64,000 bases of DNA from Brevibacterium luteolum (GCF_013004595.1 NZ_JABEMC010000003.1:248001-312000); one strand, 5' to 3'. Numbered from the stretch's first letter, positions 20,055 through 30,952 are shown. A program made the numbers and translations. The notes: generated by a model from the letters alone, not told the origin.

Positions 20055-21698
20055 TCAGTGGCCGATCGAGCCACGGGATCCGGCTTCGTGGCTGCCGGCT
20101 TCCACTGCGTGGTGATCGTGGTGAGCGGCATCGAGCTCTTCCTTCGTCACCGGTGCGACCCGATCCTCGTAGAAGTACTTCGCGATGGTCGCGCGGCGCC
20201 TCTCACCCTTGGAGATCTTCCCATCAGGTCCGGGCTCGGCCGGGATGTAGCGCGGCGAATCATAGGCCATGAGCTTCCACAGCTTGTGCGGGTCGAGCGG
20301 CTTGTGGCGCTCTTGGAACTCGCCGTGCGGCAGACGGATGATCTCACCGGATTCGAAGCCGTGCAGGACGATCTCCCGATCCTTCCGCTGCAGTCCCAGG
20401 CAGACCCGCTTCGTGATGATGAAGCCGAGGATCGGTCCAAGGAAGAACATGATGCGGAAGATGTAAATCATGTCGTTGAGCGACATGTGGAAGAACACTG
20501 CCATGAGGTCACCCGAAGCTGCGGCCCACAAGACTGCGTACCACACGACGGCGGCGACACCGACAGCAGTTCGAGTCGGGTTGTTGCGCGGGCGGTCGAG
20601 GACGTGGTGTTCGCGATAGTCCTTCGTCAGCCACGCTTCGAAGAACGGCCAGATCGCCATGGCACCGAACAGCACGAGCGCTGCGAGCAATGCCGTGTTG
20701 ATGTTGAGGCTGAACGGGAGGCCGAAGATGTAGAACTCGAGCCAGCCCGGGAGGATCCGCAGGTATCCGTCCATCCAACCGATGTACCAGTCAGGCTGCG
20801 TACCGGCCGACACAGGGGAGGGGTCGTACGGTCCGTAAGCCCACACTGCGTTGATGGAGAAGATGCCGGAGATGAACCCGAGGAGAGCGAAGATCATGAA
20901 GAAGAATCCACCGCCCTTGGCTGCGAACGTCGGGAGAACGGGTTCGCCGACGACGTTGCGGTTCGTGTGTCCGGCGCCAGGCCACTGCGTGTGCTTGTGG
21001 ATGACCACGAACATCAGGTGGATCGCGATGAAGGCGATGATGAGCGCCGGCACGACCATGATGTGCAGCGTGTAGAGCCTGGAGATGATATCGGTGCCCG
21101 GGAACTCGCCTCCGAAGAGGAAGAAGGAGACGTAGGTGCCGACGAGCGGAATCGACTTCAGCAGACCGTCGATGATTCGCAGGCCGTTGCCGGAGAGCAC
21201 GTCATCGGGCAGCGAGTAGCCGGTGAAGCCGGCACCCATGCCCAGGGCGATGAGTGCGATGCCGACCATCCAGTTGATCTCACGCGGGCGACGGTAGGCG
21301 CCGGTGAAGAAGATGCGCAGAGCGTGCACCGAGACAGCGACCATGAACAGCAGGGCTGCCCAGTGGTGCATCTGGCGGATGAAGAGTCCTCCGCGCACCT
21401 CGAAGGAGATCGCCAGCGTCGACTCGAACGCCTCGGACATCTCGACACCCTGGAGCGGGACGTACGGGCCTTCGTAGATCGCGTGACCCATCGCCGGCTT
21501 GAACCAGAACGTCAGGAACGTACCGGTCAGCACCAGGATGATGAACGTGTACAGGGCGACTTCGCCGAGCATGAAGGACCAGTGCGACGGGAAGATCTTG
21601 CGGCCGAACTCGCGCACCATCTTCGAAGCGCCGACTCGGGTCTCGGCGAAGGACGCTGCCTTGCCGACCGCAGTTGTGGGTTCGTGCGTCATCGTCAT
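20055..21698 (-). CDS. qcrB: Cytochrome bc1 (bcc) cytochrome b subunit
   Basis: HWSFMLGE, RQMHHWAA and QPDWY motifs. Confidence 0.97.
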   Translation of the reverse strand: MTMTHEPTTAVGKAASFAETRVGASKMVREFGRKIFPSHWSFMLGEVALYTFIILVLTGTFLTFWFKPAMGHAIYEGPYVPLQGVEMSEAFESTLAISFEVRGGLFIRQMHHWAALLFMVAVSVHALRIFFTGAYRRPREINWMVGIALIALGMGAGFTGYSLPDDVLSGNGLRIIDGLLKSIPLVGTYVSFFLFGGEFPGTDIISRLYTLHIMVVPALIIAFIAIHLMFVVIHKHTQWPGAGHTNRNVVGEPVLPTFAAKGGGFFFMIFALLGFISGIFSINAVWAYGPYDPSPVSAGTQPDWYIGWMDGYLRILPGWLEFYIFGLPFSLNINTALLAALVLFGAMAIWPFFEAWLTKDYREHHVLDRPRNNPTRTAVGVAAVVWYAVLWAAASGDLMAVFFHMSLNDMIYIFRIMFFLGPILGFIITKRVCLGLQRKDREIVLHGFESGEIIRLPHGEFQERHKPLDPHKLWKLMAYDSPRYIPAEPGPDGKISKGERRRATIAKYFYEDRVAPVTKEELDAAHHDHHAVEAGSHEAGSRGSIGH

Positions 21699-22744
21699 TC
21701 TACCGAAGTCTCCCTCATGTTGATCTCCCAGAAGGTCGGTCCGACGGGCTCAGGGAAGTCGCGCTGAGCCACGAGGTAACCTTCGTCGTCGACTGCGATC
21801 GGCAGCTGCGGCAGAGGCCGCTTCGCCGGTCCGAAGATGACAGCGCAGTGGTTCGTCACGTCGAATGTCGACTGGTGGCACGGGCACAGCAGGTGGTGCG
21901 TCTGGTGCTCGTACAGAGCGACCGGGCAGCCGACGTGGGTGCAGATCTTGGAATAGGCGACGATTCCGTCGACGCCCCAGTCTTCCTTCTCCGGGTCGGT
22001 GTTGAGCTCCCGCGGATCGATGCGCATGAGCAGCACCGCGGCCTTGGCCTTCTCATCAAGTGGGTGCTCCGACTCGTGCATCTTCTCCGGGATCACGTGG
22101 AAGGCCGAGCCGATGGTGACTTCCTCGGCGCGGATGTAGCGATCCTCCTGCGGAACCATGCCGGGGTCCTGACACAGACGCACGCCCGGGCCCCACAGGG
22201 TCTTGAAGAGGCTGTCTCCCGGCAGCGGTCCGAGGTCGCGGAACACGAGGACGGCCGGCAGAGGAGCGAGTGCCACAGCAGCGATGAGCGTGTTGCGCAG
22301 GAACGGACGGCGTGCGATGCCCGACTCTTCCTTCGCCTGGTTGAGGATCTCGATGGCGACCGCCTGATCCTCCTCGGACCCGGCGATGTCGTGGCGCTCT
22401 TCGACGACTTCTGCGTCAGGAATCAGCTGCCGAGCCCAGAGGATCACACCGATGCCGATGCCCGCGAGAGCGGCGGCGGAGGTGATGCCGAACGCAGTGT
22501 TCTGCAGGCGCAGGTTGTTGTACGTGCCCGGCTCTGAGTCGAACAGGAAGTACGACACGATGAAACCGATCGTTCCGATCATCGACAGGATGAACCAGCC
22601 GGCGATCTGGCGTTCGGTGATGCGCTCTGCCTGCGGCGAGCTGTCAGTGATTCGAGGCTTGTGTTCGGGCAGACCGGGGTTGGTGTGCCCGTTCACCTGC
22701 TCGAGCTGGCTGCCGGCTTCGGCAGTGAGATGCTTCGAGGTCAT
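21695..22744 (-). CDS. qcrA: Rieske iron-sulfur subunit
   Basis: CTHVGC and CPCHQS Rieske motifs, three TM segments and an internal RR motif. Confidence 0.97.
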   Translation of the reverse strand: MTSKHLTAEAGSQLEQVNGHTNPGLPEHKPRITDSSPQAERITERQIAGWFILSMIGTIGFIVSYFLFDSEPGTYNNLRLQNTAFGITSAAALAGIGIGVILWARQLIPDAEVVEERHDIAGSEEDQAVAIEILNQAKEESGIARRPFLRNTLIAAVALAPLPAVLVFRDLGPLPGDSLFKTLWGPGVRLCQDPGMVPQEDRYIRAEEVTIGSAFHVIPEKMHESEHPLDEKAKAAVLLMRIDPRELNTDPEKEDWGVDGIVAYSKICTHVGCPVALYEHQTHHLLCPCHQSTFDVTNHCAVIFGPAKRPLPQLPIAVDDEGYLVAQRDFPEPVGPTFWEINMRETSVE

Positions 22745-22787
22745 TCGCTTCCTCGTCTATTACTCGATACGGATGAAAACTTGAGGG

Positions 22788-23573
22788 TTACTTCGAACGC
22801 GAGGACAGCCACATCGTGATGCCGATGACGCCTGCCAGGCCGAAGAACCAGATGAACAGACCCTCGGACACCGGTCCGATCGAGCCCAGGGAGAAGCCGC
22901 CGGGCTCGGTCTCTTCGGTGACTTCCTTGATGTAGGCGATGACATCGCGCTTCTGTTCGGGAGTCAGGTTGGCGTCATTGAAGATCGGCATATTCTGCGG
23001 ACCGGTCTGCATGGCTTCGTACAGGTGCTTCTCGGAGACACCGGAGAGGCTCGGAGCGTACTTGCCGCGGGTCAGGGCGCCGCCGGCGCCGACCACGTTG
23101 TGGCACATTGCGCAGTTGACGCGGAACAGACCACCGCCGGCAGCGACATCACCCTTGGAGGGATCCAGGTACTCGTCCTCCGGAACTGCCGGTCCGGGGC
23201 CGAGTGATGCGACGTAGGCAGCCATCTGACGGGTCTGCTCTTCGCTGAACTGGGGCTGCTTGACCTGGGCCTGCGGGCCCATCATCTGCAGCGGCATGCG
23301 GCCGGTCCCGACCTGGAAGTCGACAGCAGCAGCGCCGACGCCGATGAGGCCGGGGCCATTCTCGGTGCCCTCGCCGCTCATGCCGTGGCATGTCGCGCAG
23401 TTCGTGACGAAGAGCTTCTCGCCTTCCTCAACGTCTGAGGCGGAGTACTCTTCAGCGTTCGCAGTGCTCGTTCCGGTGAATGCGGCGTATGCGCCTCCGG
23501 TGAGGAGCAGGCCGACGAGCAGGAGCACGACGAGTGCCATGGGGTGCCGGCGTCGTTCCGCTAGAAGCTTCAC
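22788..23573 (-). CDS. qcrC: Diheme cytochrome c subunit
   Basis: Two CxxCH motifs (CATCH and CAMCH). Confidence 0.97.
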   Translation of the reverse strand: MKLLAERRRHPMALVVLLLVGLLLTGGAYAAFTGTSTANAEEYSASDVEEGEKLFVTNCATCHGMSGEGTENGPGLIGVGAAAVDFQVGTGRMPLQMMGPQAQVKQPQFSEEQTRQMAAYVASLGPGPAVPEDEYLDPSKGDVAAGGGLFRVNCAMCHNVVGAGGALTRGKYAPSLSGVSEKHLYEAMQTGPQNMPIFNDANLTPEQKRDVIAYIKEVTEETEPGGFSLGSIGPVSEGLFIWFFGLAGVIGITMWLSSRSK

Positions 23574-23622
23574 TAGTTAGTCCTTTTGTTGCAGTTGCCA
23601 GGGGCGAGGTCTTACGGGCGCG

Positions 23623-24261
23623 TCACATCAAGATGTAGATGACGAAGAACAGGCCAACCCACACGACGTCGACGAAGTGCCAGTAGTACGACATGCAGAT
23701 GGCGAACGTCGCTTCTCGATGGCCGAAGCGCTTTGCGGCGTGGGCGCGTCCGATGACGAGCAGGAACGCGATGAGTCCGCCGAGCACGTGGAGGCCGTGG
23801 AAGCCGGTGGTCAGGTAGAAGACCGAACCGTAGGCGTTCGAGTTGATTGCGATGCCCTCGGAGACGAGGGTGGCGTACTCGAAGACCTGGCCGCCGATGA
23901 AGATCGAGCCGAGGATGAAGGAGAGGTAGTACCACTCGATCATGCCCCACGAGCCGATGTTCATGAGCCCGCCGGTGCGGCGCGGCTTGAAGTGCTCAGC
24001 CTTGAAGACACCCAGCTGGCAGGTGACCGATGAAAGCACCAGGATCGACGTGTTGATCGATGCGAACACGACGTCATGCTTAGCGGTCTCCGTCTCCCAC
24101 ATCTGAGGTACAACGGACCGGACTGTGAAGTACATGGCGAAGAGCGCGGCGAAGAACATCAGCTCGCTCGACAGCCACACGATGAACCCGACTGTCGTCG
24201 TGTTGGGCCTGTTTACGACTGGATGAACCGGCGCTGTTGAAGTTGCAGTGGCAGTAGACAC
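23623..24261 (-). CDS. ctaE: Cytochrome c oxidase subunit III
   Basis: [17 protein letters not shown] and YYWHFVD motifs. Start reassigned to GTG at 24261. Confidence 0.95.
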   Translation of the reverse strand: MSTATATSTAPVHPVVNRPNTTTVGFIVWLSSELMFFAALFAMYFTVRSVVPQMWETETAKHDVVFASINTSILVLSSVTCQLGVFKAEHFKPRRTGGLMNIGSWGMIEWYYLSFILGSIFIGGQVFEYATLVSEGIAINSNAYGSVFYLTTGFHGLHVLGGLIAFLLVIGRAHAAKRFGHREATFAICMSYYWHFVDVVWVGLFFVIYILM

Positions 24262-24599
24262 GCCTCCATTATTACCCTGTCCGCAGGATAAATTCACCTT
24301 TTGCTCAGCTAATTGAGCGAGTTTTTCTACAGCGTGTGGAATTTCCAGCGAGAACTCGCGGCCGGTCGGTTCGTCACGACTCTGCAACGTGCGCGTGTCG
24401 GGAGTCCCGAAGAGCTGCGAAACGGCATCGCCGCACATCAGCGGCCGGTACCGAGGCGGAGACGGGCAGAGGCTCGGATCGCCGGCTGCGCAGAGACTGC
24501 GATGAAACGGGTTCGGTGTGCTGTGCGAGTGGCGCGTAGGATGTTCCGGTGACAGCCTGGCCGCTGTCCGCATGATACGCACCAACTCGAAAGGCCCCT

Positions 24600-25709
24600 A
24601 TGTCTGCCGTTCCTTCTGCAGCCGATGCTCCTGCCACCGTCTCCGGTGTGCGGGAGTGGCCGGATCTGCTCGTGGCTCTGATGAATAAGGAGAACCTCGA
24701 CGCGGCGACCGCCGGGTGGGCGATGGACGAGATCATGTCCGGCAGTGTCCCGGATGTGACGATGGCGGCATTCCTCGTCGCCCATCACGCCAAAGGGGAG
24801 ACGGTGGAGGAGATCACCGGTCTTGTCGAGGCGATGATGGGCCATGCCGTACCGCTGGAGGGCCTCAGCGACGCCGTCGACATCGTCGGCACCGGCGGAG
24901 ACCGGGCCAAGACCGTCAACATCTCATCGACTGCCTCGTTCATCATCGCTGCGACCGGCCAGCGTGTCGTCAAGCACGGCAATCGGGCGACCTCCTCTGC
25001 CTCGGGCTCGGCTGACGTGCTCGAAACGCTTGGCCTCGTGCTCGACCTGACTCCTGAGCAATCGCGCCAGCTTGCCGACGACGTCGGCATGGCCTTCTGC
25101 TTCGCCAACGTCTATCACCCGGCCATGCGCTTCATCGCGCCGGTGCGCCGGGCCATCAAGGTGCCCTCGGCATTCAACATCCTGGGGCCGCTGACCAATC
25201 CCGCTCGCACCCGTGCCACGGCGGTCGGCGTGGCAAGCCGGGAGATGGCGCCATTGGTCGCCGGTGTCCTCGCCCGCCGCGGTGACTCGGCAGTGGTCTT
25301 CCGCTCGCAGGACGGCCTCGATGAGCTGAGCAACACTGCAGTCAACGACGTGTGGGAAGTCCGCGACGGCTCGATCACGCACAGTGAATTCGATGCCTGC
25401 AGCCTCGGATTTCCGCGGGTGACAAAGGACGACCTGCGGGGTGGCGACCCGGCATTCAACGCGCAGGCCATCCAGAGCGTGCTGGCCGGAGAGCTCTCAC
25501 CAGTGCGCGACATCGTGCTGCTGAACTCTGCTGCCGCACTCGTCGCTGCTGACTCTTCTGCGGAGGGGCCTTTCGCCGAGCGTCTGGCGGCGAAGATCGA
25601 GATCGCGCGCGAGCATCTCGACTCCGGCGCAGCGTACGACAAGCTGCAAGAGCTCATCGCTGCCTCGCGGCGTCTCTCGGGCCGCGACGAGGCACCCGCA
25701 GAGGGCTGA
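24600..25709 (+). CDS. trpD: Anthranilate phosphoribosyltransferase
   Basis: DIVGTGGD, NISST, KHGNR and DGLDE motifs. Confidence 0.96.
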   Translation: MSAVPSAADAPATVSGVREWPDLLVALMNKENLDAATAGWAMDEIMSGSVPDVTMAAFLVAHHAKGETVEEITGLVEAMMGHAVPLEGLSDAVDIVGTGGDRAKTVNISSTASFIIAATGQRVVKHGNRATSSASGSADVLETLGLVLDLTPEQSRQLADDVGMAFCFANVYHPAMRFIAPVRRAIKVPSAFNILGPLTNPARTRATAVGVASREMAPLVAGVLARRGDSAVVFRSQDGLDELSNTAVNDVWEVRDGSITHSEFDACSLGFPRVTKDDLRGGDPAFNAQAIQSVLAGELSPVRDIVLLNSAAALVAADSSAEGPFAERLAAKIEIAREHLDSGAAYDKLQELIAASRRLSGRDEAPAEG

Positions 25710-25722
25710 GCCGCTCAGCATT

Positions 25723-27489
25723 TCACTGCTGGCTGGCGCTGCCTGCGGCGGCGAAGCCGCTGGTGTGCAAGCCGAAGGCGTGCCCGCTTCGAGGCGCGCA
25801 CCAGTTTCCCGTGACTGACAGGAGCTGGGAACCCGGCTGCTGCAGCCAGCGGAGCAGGATATCGGTCTCCTCCTCGTACGTGCTGCCAGTCCCTGGAACC
25901 GGCGCATCGACGTGCTCGCCCGTCAGGCGCAGAGCCGACACGACCTCTCGAAGCCGAGTCGGGTGTGTCACGTGCGCGCTGCCGGCCATCTTTCCGTAGC
26001 GGATCAGGGCCACGTCGAGACCGGCCGCAGGGTTCTTCTGCTCGCGGGGTTGAGCGGCGATGAGCTCCGGCACTGCGTAGAGCCCGCGACGCTGTTCATC
26101 GGAGACGGTTGTCCGCAGCAGGTCAGCCGCGAGGTCACGGATCTCGGCGGCGCGTTCGTAGCGCTGCGCGGAGCTGGCATCGATCATCGCCCGGCGGATC
26201 TGGTCGAGCAGACCGGTCGAATCGCCGCCGAGAAAGGCAGCGAGGTCGCTCAGCTCTGCGCGGTATTCTTCCTGGCTCTGCCCGATGCACGGACCTGTGC
26301 AGCGTCCCATTTCTGCGGCTGCACACGGGGTTCGTCGGGCTGCGGCAGCTGACTGCGTGCACCGCTTGACGGTGACGACGCGTTCCAGAGTGTCCTTGAT
26401 CCGCTGTGCGGTTGCCTGTGATCTGAACGGTCCCAGGCGGGGATACCGCTCCGGTCTGTCGGAAGCGGGAGGAGTCCTCGTCACCGACAAGCGGGGATAC
26501 GGTTCGTCTGTCAGGCGCAGCCAGGCGCGCTTGTCGGCGTTCTTCGAGCGCCGGTTGTACGGCGGCTGCAGCTCGGCGATGAGCCGCACTTCGCGCACAT
26601 GGGCCTCAACGACCGTCTCGCATACGAGTGTCGAGACTTCCTGCGTTGCGGTGACCATCTCGGTCATCCGTCCGCGCGTCTCCCCGGCATTGAAGTACTG
26701 GCGCACGCGCGTGGCCATGTTCCGGCTGGTGCCGACGTACAGTGTGCGGCGCGAACCGTCGAGGAACATGTAGACGCCCGGCAGTGCGGGCACATCGCGC
26801 GCGAGGTGCGATTTCCGCTGGCGCTTCTGCCAACCGGAGGTGCGTACGGTCCCCAGCTCCTCGAGGGTGGTGATTCCGTACGAGCCGAAGCGCTCGAACA
26901 GGTGGTGCAGGATCTCATTCGTGGCCCTGGCATCGTCGAGAGCACGATGAGTGGGCGGCGTCTGGGTGGCGAAGTGCTGCGCAAGCGTCGCCAGCTTGTG
27001 GTTGCGCACCTCTGGTCGGGGTACGACATGACGTGCCAGGCGAACGGTGTCGAGGACGTGCGGGTTCGGCCACTGATAGTCCAGGCGCGCGCAGGCAGCT
27101 TTGAGGAAGCCGATGTCGAACCCTGCGTTGTGGGCGACCAAGACCGCTCCGCGGCTGAATTCCAGAAAGCTCGGCAGCACAGCATGAATCGTCGGTGCGC
27201 CTGCCACCATTCCATTGGTGATGCCGGTGAGACGTTCGACGAAAGCGGAGATGACCGCCTGCTCGGGGCGCACCAGGGTGGAGAACTCGCCAACCACCTC
27301 ACCGCCGCGGGTCTTGACCGCACCGATCTCGGTGATCTCCTCGCGCTGTGCGTGGGCACCTGTTGTCTCCAGGTCCACCGTCACGAAGGTGACGTCGTGC
27401 AGGGGCGTGCCCACATCGGCGAAGGAGAGCTGTCCGCTGCGGGGCTGCGACGCCTGATCGAACAGCGGTGGCTGGTGGCTGGCTGGCAT
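25723..27489 (-). CDS. DEDD (DnaQ-like) exonuclease fused to a UvrC-like GIY-YIG domain (Rv2191-like)
   Basis: VDLETTG, AHNAGFD and HRALDDA, then PGVYMF..LYVGTS..RVRQYF and a UVR-like RYERAAEIRD segment. Confidence 0.9.
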   Translation of the reverse strand: MPASHQPPLFDQASQPRSGQLSFADVGTPLHDVTFVTVDLETTGAHAQREEITEIGAVKTRGGEVVGEFSTLVRPEQAVISAFVERLTGITNGMVAGAPTIHAVLPSFLEFSRGAVLVAHNAGFDIGFLKAACARLDYQWPNPHVLDTVRLARHVVPRPEVRNHKLATLAQHFATQTPPTHRALDDARATNEILHHLFERFGSYGITTLEELGTVRTSGWQKRQRKSHLARDVPALPGVYMFLDGSRRTLYVGTSRNMATRVRQYFNAGETRGRMTEMVTATQEVSTLVCETVVEAHVREVRLIAELQPPYNRRSKNADKRAWLRLTDEPYPRLSVTRTPPASDRPERYPRLGPFRSQATAQRIKDTLERVVTVKRCTQSAAAARRTPCAAAEMGRCTGPCIGQSQEEYRAELSDLAAFLGGDSTGLLDQIRRAMIDASSAQRYERAAEIRDLAADLLRTTVSDEQRRGLYAVPELIAAQPREQKNPAAGLDVALIRYGKMAGSAHVTHPTRLREVVSALRLTGEHVDAPVPGTGSTYEEETDILLRWLQQPGSQLLSVTGNWCAPRSGHAFGLHTSGFAAAGSASQQ

Positions 27490-27495
27490 AGGAAC

Positions 27496-27517
27496 ATGAT
27501 GTCACGCGCTTCAGACA
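27496..27517 (-). promoter_or_regulatory. PafBC/RecA-NDp-type DNA-damage promoter (leaderless) for the DEDD-UvrC gene
   Basis: Minus strand TGTCTG-N10-CATCAT-6 nt-ATG; the -10 deviates at its first base. Confidence 0.55.
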
Positions 27518-27557
27518 ACGCCATGGACGGCGTCGCAATGACCGGATCGACAGGCGA

Positions 27558-27579
27558 TGTCAGTGGGTGCCCGTAGCGT
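27558..27579 (+). promoter_or_regulatory. PafBC/RecA-NDp-type promoter for the small Cys/His protein
   Basis: TGTCAG-N10-TAGCGT (TGTCAGTG-8nt-TANNNT). Confidence 0.65.
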
Positions 27580-27625
27580 CAATGGTGCCCGCTCATCGAC
27601 ACAGCACTGACCTGAGGAGCTGACC

Positions 27626-27952
27626 ATGATTGTCGAATGCACCCACCCTGACCACGTCGTCGACGCAGCCGGACGGATCGACTGTCCCGCTCCGAACTGC
27701 CTGGCGGCAGCAATCGACCGCAGTGATGTCGCCAGACAGCCCAATCCGATGGATCGCCTGCCTGCTCAGCGTCCGGACTGGATTCTCTCCAGCCCGGATG
27801 CGCTGGAGGAGTGTGAGGTGGAGGCGCTTGCGATCCTCGGAGACGCGGGCCTCGTCCCGCAGATCGTGAGCCTCGGACCTGATGATGCCACCACAGAAAT
27901 GCGTCCTGCCAGCTTCCACGGCTCGTTGGTCCGAGATGCCCGAGGTGCCTGA
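27626..27952 (+). CDS. Small hypothetical protein with an N-terminal Cys/His cluster
   Basis: GAGGAG RBS; MIVECTHPDH...DCPAPNC...EALAILGDAGLVP. Resembles the small ORFs found divergent from Rv2191-like genes. Confidence 0.65.
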   Translation: MIVECTHPDHVVDAAGRIDCPAPNCLAAAIDRSDVARQPNPMDRLPAQRPDWILSSPDALEECEVEALAILGDAGLVPQIVSLGPDDATTEMRPASFHGSLVRDARGA

Positions 27953-27983
27953 GTCGTGAGTTCCCAGCGGCTGAGCGACGTGC

Positions 27984-28421
27984 TCAGACCTGCGCGCCGT
28001 CTCCGTCTTCAGGTGAGCGGTACTGGGGGAGATGCCGGATCAGCGCGAAGGTGCTGAGCAGTATCACCACGATGATCCCGACGAGGGCGTAACCAGGCAG
28101 CCCGCGGAACAGAAAGGCGCTGAGGACCAGCGCAGCGATTCCGCCGATGAGCCCGACGAGTCCGAGCATGAAGAGCGGGGAGGCGGTGCGCCAGCCGACC
28201 GGGCCGGGGTCCGGCGGTTCCCACTCCTCGTCGTCTGCTAGCGCATCGCGGATCTCATCGGTGGACATCTCCGGCACGAACCCCTGGTCGCGATTGATGC
28301 CGGAGACGAGGTCCTTCCACTGGGTATCGTCAATGCGCTCGCTGTCATCCAGGGCGTCCCACGTGGGCTCGAACCTGTCGTCGTCTGATGAGGAGTGGTC
28401 GTCGCGTGCCGAAGGAGACAT
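27984..28421 (-). CDS. Hypothetical membrane protein (acidic N-terminus, two TM helices)
   Basis: WKDLVS, WEPPDP and C-terminal DGDGAQV; directly follows the esterase gene. Confidence 0.75.
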   Translation of the reverse strand: MSPSARDDHSSSDDDRFEPTWDALDDSERIDDTQWKDLVSGINRDQGFVPEMSTDEIRDALADDEEWEPPDPGPVGWRTASPLFMLGLVGLIGGIAALVLSAFLFRGLPGYALVGIIVVILLSTFALIRHLPQYRSPEDGDGAQV

Positions 28422-28422
28422 C

Positions 28423-29205
28423 TCAGCTCGTCCGGGCCTGGCTGGCGGCGTTCACTGCGCTGAGAATCTCGCGCACGATGATCTCTGCGTCGTAGTCGAC
28501 CGTGGCCACATGGTAGCTGCGCCGCAGCATGACGACACGTGGCGAGGTGAGCAGGGCATGGCGCAGCAGGCGGGCGGAGCGGGGGCGAACCACATGATCG
28601 GTAGTGGAGAGACACAGTGTTGTCGGTGCCGTCACCTGCCACAGGCGGCGGCGGACGTGCTTGAACTCTCGGTGCAATGAGGCCACTGCGGCCACCGGCG
28701 TCTGCGTGTAGGCGTGCTCAGCTGCTCCGGGCAGCGCGATGTCGCCGCCGATGCCGGGAACAGATGTCACTACGTGCCGAAGGAATGGCGTCAGCGGCGC
28801 CAGAGGGGAGTCGACGTACAGCGCTGGATTGACGAGGACGAGTCGATCAACCAGGTCGGGGTGTTCGGCTGCCAAGGTCAGGGCGAGTGCTCCGCCCATC
28901 GAGAGGCCGACCACGATGACGGTGTCGTGCTCATCAGCGCATTCCAGCAGTGCGGATTCAGCATCGGCAAGCCAGTCCTGCCAGCGAGTCCCGCTCATCT
29001 CCTGCCAGGTGGTGCCATGTCCTGCAAGTTTCGGCACGCTCACTGACACATCGGCTCGGCTGGCGACCTCGCGCGCAACATCGGCGAAGACCGCTGGAGA
29101 GCCGGTGAAGCCGTGGATGAAGAGCACAGCGGTCGACGCAGACCGGGAACGGATGTCGATGGCTGCGTGGAGGTCGTGATCGTCGCCAGAGGCATTGTCG
29201 TACAT
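28423..29205 (-). CDS. Alpha/beta hydrolase (carboxylesterase)
   Basis: HGFTGSP, GLSMGG, DHVV and SYHVAT motifs. Start reassigned to ATG at 29205. Confidence 0.9.
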   Translation of the reverse strand: MYDNASGDDHDLHAAIDIRSRSASTAVLFIHGFTGSPAVFADVAREVASRADVSVSVPKLAGHGTTWQEMSGTRWQDWLADAESALLECADEHDTVIVVGLSMGGALALTLAAEHPDLVDRLVLVNPALYVDSPLAPLTPFLRHVVTSVPGIGGDIALPGAAEHAYTQTPVAAVASLHREFKHVRRRLWQVTAPTTLCLSTTDHVVRPRSARLLRHALLTSPRVVMLRRSYHVATVDYDAEIIVREILSAVNAASQARTS

Positions 29206-29367
29206 GGGCACCAGACTGCCATACAAGGAGTGACTCTGACAGTGGATGAGCGTGCAGACCGATGGTCGCTGCGGCGAGGGCGGGCGGCTGCGAGCGTTTT
29301 CCTGCTCACCTCGGCGTTGTAGTAGTCTCGGATTCGTTCGTGACTCAGACTCGTCGAGAGGGGTCGA

Positions 29368-30090
29368 GTGTTCTACTGGCTGCTCAAGCGCATCATCGTC
29401 GGGCCCTTCCTGCGTGCGCTCTTCCGCCCGTGGGTGCGTGGCTTGGAGAACATTCCCGAGTCCGGCGGGGCGATCATCGCCGGCAATCATCTGTCGTTCA
29501 TGGACTCGATCTTCGTGCCGCTCGTCGCACCTCGACCCGTCGTGTATCTGGCCAAGAAGGACTACTTCACAGGCAGAGGCGTCAAAGGCACCGCAACACG
29601 GTGGTTCTTCCGCCTGACGAACCAGCTGCCCATGGACCGGTCCGGCGGTTCGGCCTCCGAAGCCTCTCTGCACTCCGGGTTGAAAGTCCTCAACGGCGGC
29701 AATCTGCTCGGCATCTATCCGGAAGGCACACGCAGCCCTGACGGCAACCTCTACCGCGGGCGCACCGGTGTGGCGCGTCTTGTCCTCGAAGCCGGTGTGC
29801 CGGTTGTGCCGGTGGCGCTGATCGGAACCGACAAGGTGCAGCCGGTGGGCCGAATGCTGCCGCGGCTGCGCCGGATCGGCGTCGTCTTCGGTGAGCCGCT
29901 CGACTTCTCCGAGTACGAGGGCATGGCCGGCGACCGGTTCCTCCTGCGTTCGATCACTGACGACATCATGTACGAGATCCTCCGCCTATCGGGTCAGCGG
30001 TACATCGACACCTATGCCTCGTCAGCCAAAACGAAGCTGCTCGCTGCGAAGAAGGCGGACGAACAGCCATCCGGCGACGCGACGGCCTGA
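29368..30090 (+). CDS. plsC: 1-acyl-sn-glycerol-3-phosphate acyltransferase
   Basis: NHLSFMD (HX4D) and YPEGTRS motifs. Confidence 0.9.
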   Translation: MFYWLLKRIIVGPFLRALFRPWVRGLENIPESGGAIIAGNHLSFMDSIFVPLVAPRPVVYLAKKDYFTGRGVKGTATRWFFRLTNQLPMDRSGGSASEASLHSGLKVLNGGNLLGIYPEGTRSPDGNLYRGRTGVARLVLEAGVPVVPVALIGTDKVQPVGRMLPRLRRIGVVFGEPLDFSEYEGMAGDRFLLRSITDDIMYEILRLSGQRYIDTYASSAKTKLLAAKKADEQPSGDATA

Positions 30091-30319
30091 ATCGCCTGTC
30101 TCCCGACTGTCCAACGGGGTCGAAAGTCGTTCGATTCCTTCGATAACGGCGACACGCGCAAATCGTTATCGGCAGGTGTTTGGCCAGGGGAAACTCAGCC
30201 AGTAGGTTCGATGTGTACGTTAACCCCGAGTCGCTCGAGGGTCATGCGGTAGAATTGTGACACTGCCGCAAACCGGAATGCGACTTCGCTTCCCCTAGGG
30301 GCTAAAAGGAGGAGTCGGT

Positions 30320-30895
<576 letters not shown>

Positions 30896-30908
30896 ACAAC
30901 GTCGTCAC

Positions 30909-30952
30909 AGCGAAGCGGCCGGGAGCAGACTGCTCCCGGCCGCTTCGCTCTT
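30909..30952. terminator. Hairpin terminator between the convergent MerR and ParA genes
   Basis: AGCGAAGCGGCCGGGAGCAG/CTGCTCCCGGCCGCTTCGCT perfect inverted repeat. Confidence 0.8.

Noticed and set aside
19743..21767. 674-aa plus-strand ORF
   Set aside because: Antisense to qcrB and reads through its terminator; no recognisable domain.
30220..30255. MerR-type operator upstream of the MerR gene
   Set aside because: Imperfect palindrome, and the spacing to TAGAAT does not fit a 19-bp MerR promoter.
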